IMG/VR virus record: IMGVR_UViG_3300021560_000013
Span: 32,001 to 96,000 of that record
DNA length: 64,000 nt
Direction: 5' to 3' (one strand)
DNA from: a virus
The number at the start of each line of letters is the position of its first letter. The stretch's first letter is position 1. Shown here piece by piece: positions 62,063-64,000 of the stretch. Position numbers and translations under genes: made by a program. A model generated the notes under the pieces. That model was not told the DNA's origin. It saw nothing but the letters and a program-made list of their open reading frames with translations, and ran no database searches.

Positions 62063-62575
62063 TGGCTCAGAACGGGCGGCTACCCGACTCGGACCTGGCC
62101 CCGATCGCCGCCGGACGGCTGCGCAAGGACGCAGCTGCAGCCTGGAACAGCATGAACGTCGAGGCCCGCAAGCGCGGGTGCGAGCTAGTGCCGACCGGCT
62201 CGAAGTCGTCCTACCGAACCTACGAGCAGCAGGTGGAGCTTTGGAGGCTCTACAAGGCCGGGCGCGGCAACCTCGCCGCCACGCCCGGCACCTTAGGCCA
62301 GCAACCACGGCTGGGGGATCGCCGTCGATGTCGCGACGCAGGAGATGCGAGCGATGATCGACCGCATCGGCGCGCAGTGGGGATTCGAGAAGCGCACGAG
62401 CGACGCGCCCGGAGAGTGGTGGCATCTGCGCTGGCGCGAGGGCTCGTGGAAGGGCACCGACCCCGGCCCGCACGGCGCGCCGCCAGCGCCAGCGCCCGTA
62501 CCGGTGGGAAGTGACCGCGCGACCGGCATGCGCTACTACGAGTCGAACATGGCTCCGAAGGGATTTCACTCATGA
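62062..62575 (+). pseudogene. M15-family peptidase endolysin interrupted by a 7-bp insertion
   Basis: SYRTYEQQ...AATPGT in frame 0; SNHGWGIAVD...EWWH in the +1 frame; removing 62293-62299 restores PGTSNHG and a 168-aa protein. Confidence 0.85.
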
Positions 62576-63108
62576 ACCTCGGCAAGGCGGGCGCTGACCT
62601 GATCACAGAGTTCGAGGGCTTCCGCTCGCGGCCATACCGGGACGCGGTCGGCGTGTGGACGATCGGGTACGGATCAACGGCAGGTGTAGGCCCGAACACC
62701 CCGCCGATGACCGAGCAGCAGGCGCGTGACCGCCTGATGCGCGAGGTGGACGCCCAGTACGGCAGAGCGATCAACGCTCTCGGCGTGCCGTTGACCCAGA
62801 ACCAGTTCGACGCGCTGACCAGCTTCGTCTACAACGTCGGCGTCGGCGGCGTCGCCCCGAGTACCGGCGTGGGCCAGGCGCTCCGGGCGCGCAACTACCA
62901 GCGGGCGGCGGACGAGCTACTGAAGTGGGACAAGGCCGGGGGTCGCACGCTCGCCGGGCTGACCAGGCGTCGCCAGGCGGAACGCAAGCTGTTCCTGGCC
63001 GCTGACAAGCCTCAGCCCAAGCCGAAGCCTGCAGCGCCGGTCGGCAGCGATCGAGCGACAGGCATGCGCTGGTTCGGAGAGATGCACCCGGCAGGGTTCA
63101 ACGCATAG
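62572..63108 (+). CDS. GH24 lysozyme (endolysin)
   Basis: FEG.R..PY.D..GVWTIGYG; QNQFDAL.SF.YNVG; GL.RRR..E. Confidence 0.92.
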   Translation: MNLGKAGADLITEFEGFRSRPYRDAVGVWTIGYGSTAGVGPNTPPMTEQQARDRLMREVDAQYGRAINALGVPLTQNQFDALTSFVYNVGVGGVAPSTGVGQALRARNYQRAADELLKWDKAGGRTLAGLTRRRQAERKLFLAADKPQPKPKPAAPVGSDRATGMRWFGEMHPAGFNA

Positions 63109-63117
63109 GAGAGAGAC

Positions 63118-63399
63118 ATGGCAAGAGGAGTCGTGGCATACAACGCCGACGGTCGGATCGACTACCACTCGCTCGACCAGAACGGCGATCCGTGGGCGCG
63201 CTACATGGGCAAGGACGGCAAGTGGTCCAACTGGCGCAAGTTCGGGCGCGGCGGCGCGCAACCGTTCGTGGAGATCGACATCGGCAGACACCCGGACGGT
63301 AGGCTGGAGACGTTCGCCAGGACGGCGGGCAACGTCACCTACCACAACTGGCAGGACGGACCGAACGGCCAGTGGCAAGCGAACTACAGGCAGTTCTGA
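63118..63399 (+). CDS. Small protein with two PLL/fucose-lectin-like beta-propeller blades
   Basis: NADGRID...GKWSNW and HPDGRLETFAR...YHNWQ...GQW; strong RBS; no signal peptide. Confidence 0.6.
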   Translation: MARGVVAYNADGRIDYHSLDQNGDPWARYMGKDGKWSNWRKFGRGGAQPFVEIDIGRHPDGRLETFARTAGNVTYHNWQDGPNGQWQANYRQF

Positions 63400-63400
63400 G

Positions 63401-63649
63401 ATGTCAATCAACGTAGGCAACGCCACCCCCGCGAAGCTCGTCCCGGCATCCACCGAGGACCAGGGCCTGATCAACGTGAAGAACACCGGCGCGAACCCGG
63501 TCATGCTCTCCAAGACATCGAGCGCCACGTTCGCCACCGGCTCCTACTCGCTGGCAGCCGCCACCGGCATCCAGGTCAGCCTGAACCCCGGCGAGGAGCT
63601 ATACGGGATCTGCTCCTCCGGTCTCACCTCGACCGTGGACGTGATCTAA
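63401..63649 (+). CDS. Small beta-rich hypothetical (possibly virion) protein
   Basis: Abuts the upstream gene. Confidence 0.6.
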   Translation: MSINVGNATPAKLVPASTEDQGLINVKNTGANPVMLSKTSSATFATGSYSLAAATGIQVSLNPGEELYGICSSGLTSTVDVI

Positions 63650-63658
63650 GCTGCGCCG

Positions 63659-63688
63659 GATCCGGGAGGCCGCAAAGCCTCCCGGATC
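63659..63688 (+). terminator. 12-bp hairpin
   Basis: GATCCGGGAGGC-CGCAAA-GCCTCCCGGATC. Confidence 0.55.
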
Positions 63689-63713
63689 AAGCCCCACGAC
63701 GAGAGGAGCACCG

Positions 63714-63935
63714 ATGGCCGTCACCGACCCCAGCCCCCTGGACCCCGCCGAGCCCGCGTCCGTCCCAGCCGACGTGCCACCGACGCCCGACCCGCCGACC
63801 GGACCGCCCGAGCACGTCGATCCGCCGCACAGCGAGCCGACGCCAGCGCCCGAGCCGACAGCGCCCGCAGGCGAGCCCGCAGCTGCGCCGACGGACCCGC
63901 CACCCGAGCCGACGCCGGACAACGCCGGGGACTGA
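63714..63935 (+). CDS. Pro/Asp/Glu-rich low-complexity protein
   Basis: GAGGAG RBS. Confidence 0.55.
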   Translation: MAVTDPSPLDPAEPASVPADVPPTPDPPTGPPEHVDPPHSEPTPAPEPTAPAGEPAAAPTDPPPEPTPDNAGD

Positions 63936-63958
63936 ACTTCCCGCACGTAGCGAACATC

Positions 63959-63977
63959 TAGCGCGCGTCGTGCGCTG
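63959..63977 (+). promoter_or_regulatory. Further copy of the 19-bp palindrome
   Basis: TAGCGCGCGTCGTGCGCTG. Confidence 0.55.
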
Positions 63978-64000
63978 CGCCTGCTAGGGTCGGCACCGCC

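Noticed and set aside
62292-62298. CTTAGGC as a Ty1-type +1 frameshift heptamer
   Set aside because: The sequence matches, but CTT is not in the reading frame of the upstream ORF and the mechanism depends on yeast tRNAs.
63655-63700. GGCCGCAAAGCCTCC resembling a c-di-GMP-I riboswitch core
   Set aside because: It lacks the upstream GGCAAA/GNRA stem and is fully explained by a simple 12-bp hairpin.
21585-63977. Dispersed palindromes as a CRISPR array or integron attC sites
   Set aside because: Spacing is hundreds to thousands of bp and irregular, the copies are degenerate and tied to -10 boxes, and no cas genes or integron integrase are present.
1-64000. tRNA or rRNA genes to accompany the CCA enzyme
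   Set aside because: No cloverleaf or T-loop signature was recognised in the intergenic gaps by eye; tRNAscan-SE or ARAGORN would be decisive.

Overview
A 64 kb segment of a high-GC tailed phage or prophage genome. The host is probably an actinobacterium (inferred from GC-rich codon use and several leaderless genes). Layout: 1-21.6 kb is a contractile-tail module (end of the tape measure, XkdP/Q/R/S/T-like baseplate genes, large fibres including a 2144-aa protein with about 10 C1q-like domains). 21.7-30.3 kb holds recombination and replication genes (Bet/RecT, PD-(D/E)XK nuclease, primase-helicase, RusA). 30-49 kb is an array of small accessory genes interrupted by the terminase, plus a TOPRIM protein and SSB. 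49-61.7 kb has the portal, a collagen-like moron and MuF-linked multi-domain cargo proteins. 61.7-63.4 kb is the lysis cassette. No integrase, major capsid gene, tRNA or CRISPR array was seen. Most notable: (1) a predicted ~80-nt small RNA at 21631-21712 whose apical loop is the exact antisense of a CCCGACCGAGGAG motif covering the ribosome-binding site of about 14 phage genes, layered on a 19-bp palindrome fused to the -10 box of most of about 18 promoter-like sites; (2) head-associated polyproteins built from modules that each start with an (L/V)xE-...-HPR-x3-G-x-W tag, including a CCA-adding enzyme fused to an alarmone-hydrolase-like HD domain; (3) a split endolysin whose two catalytic genes share a C-terminal peptide and sit next to a stand-alone lectin-repeat protein. 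All family assignments come from motif recognition by eye; no database searches or folding programs were run.
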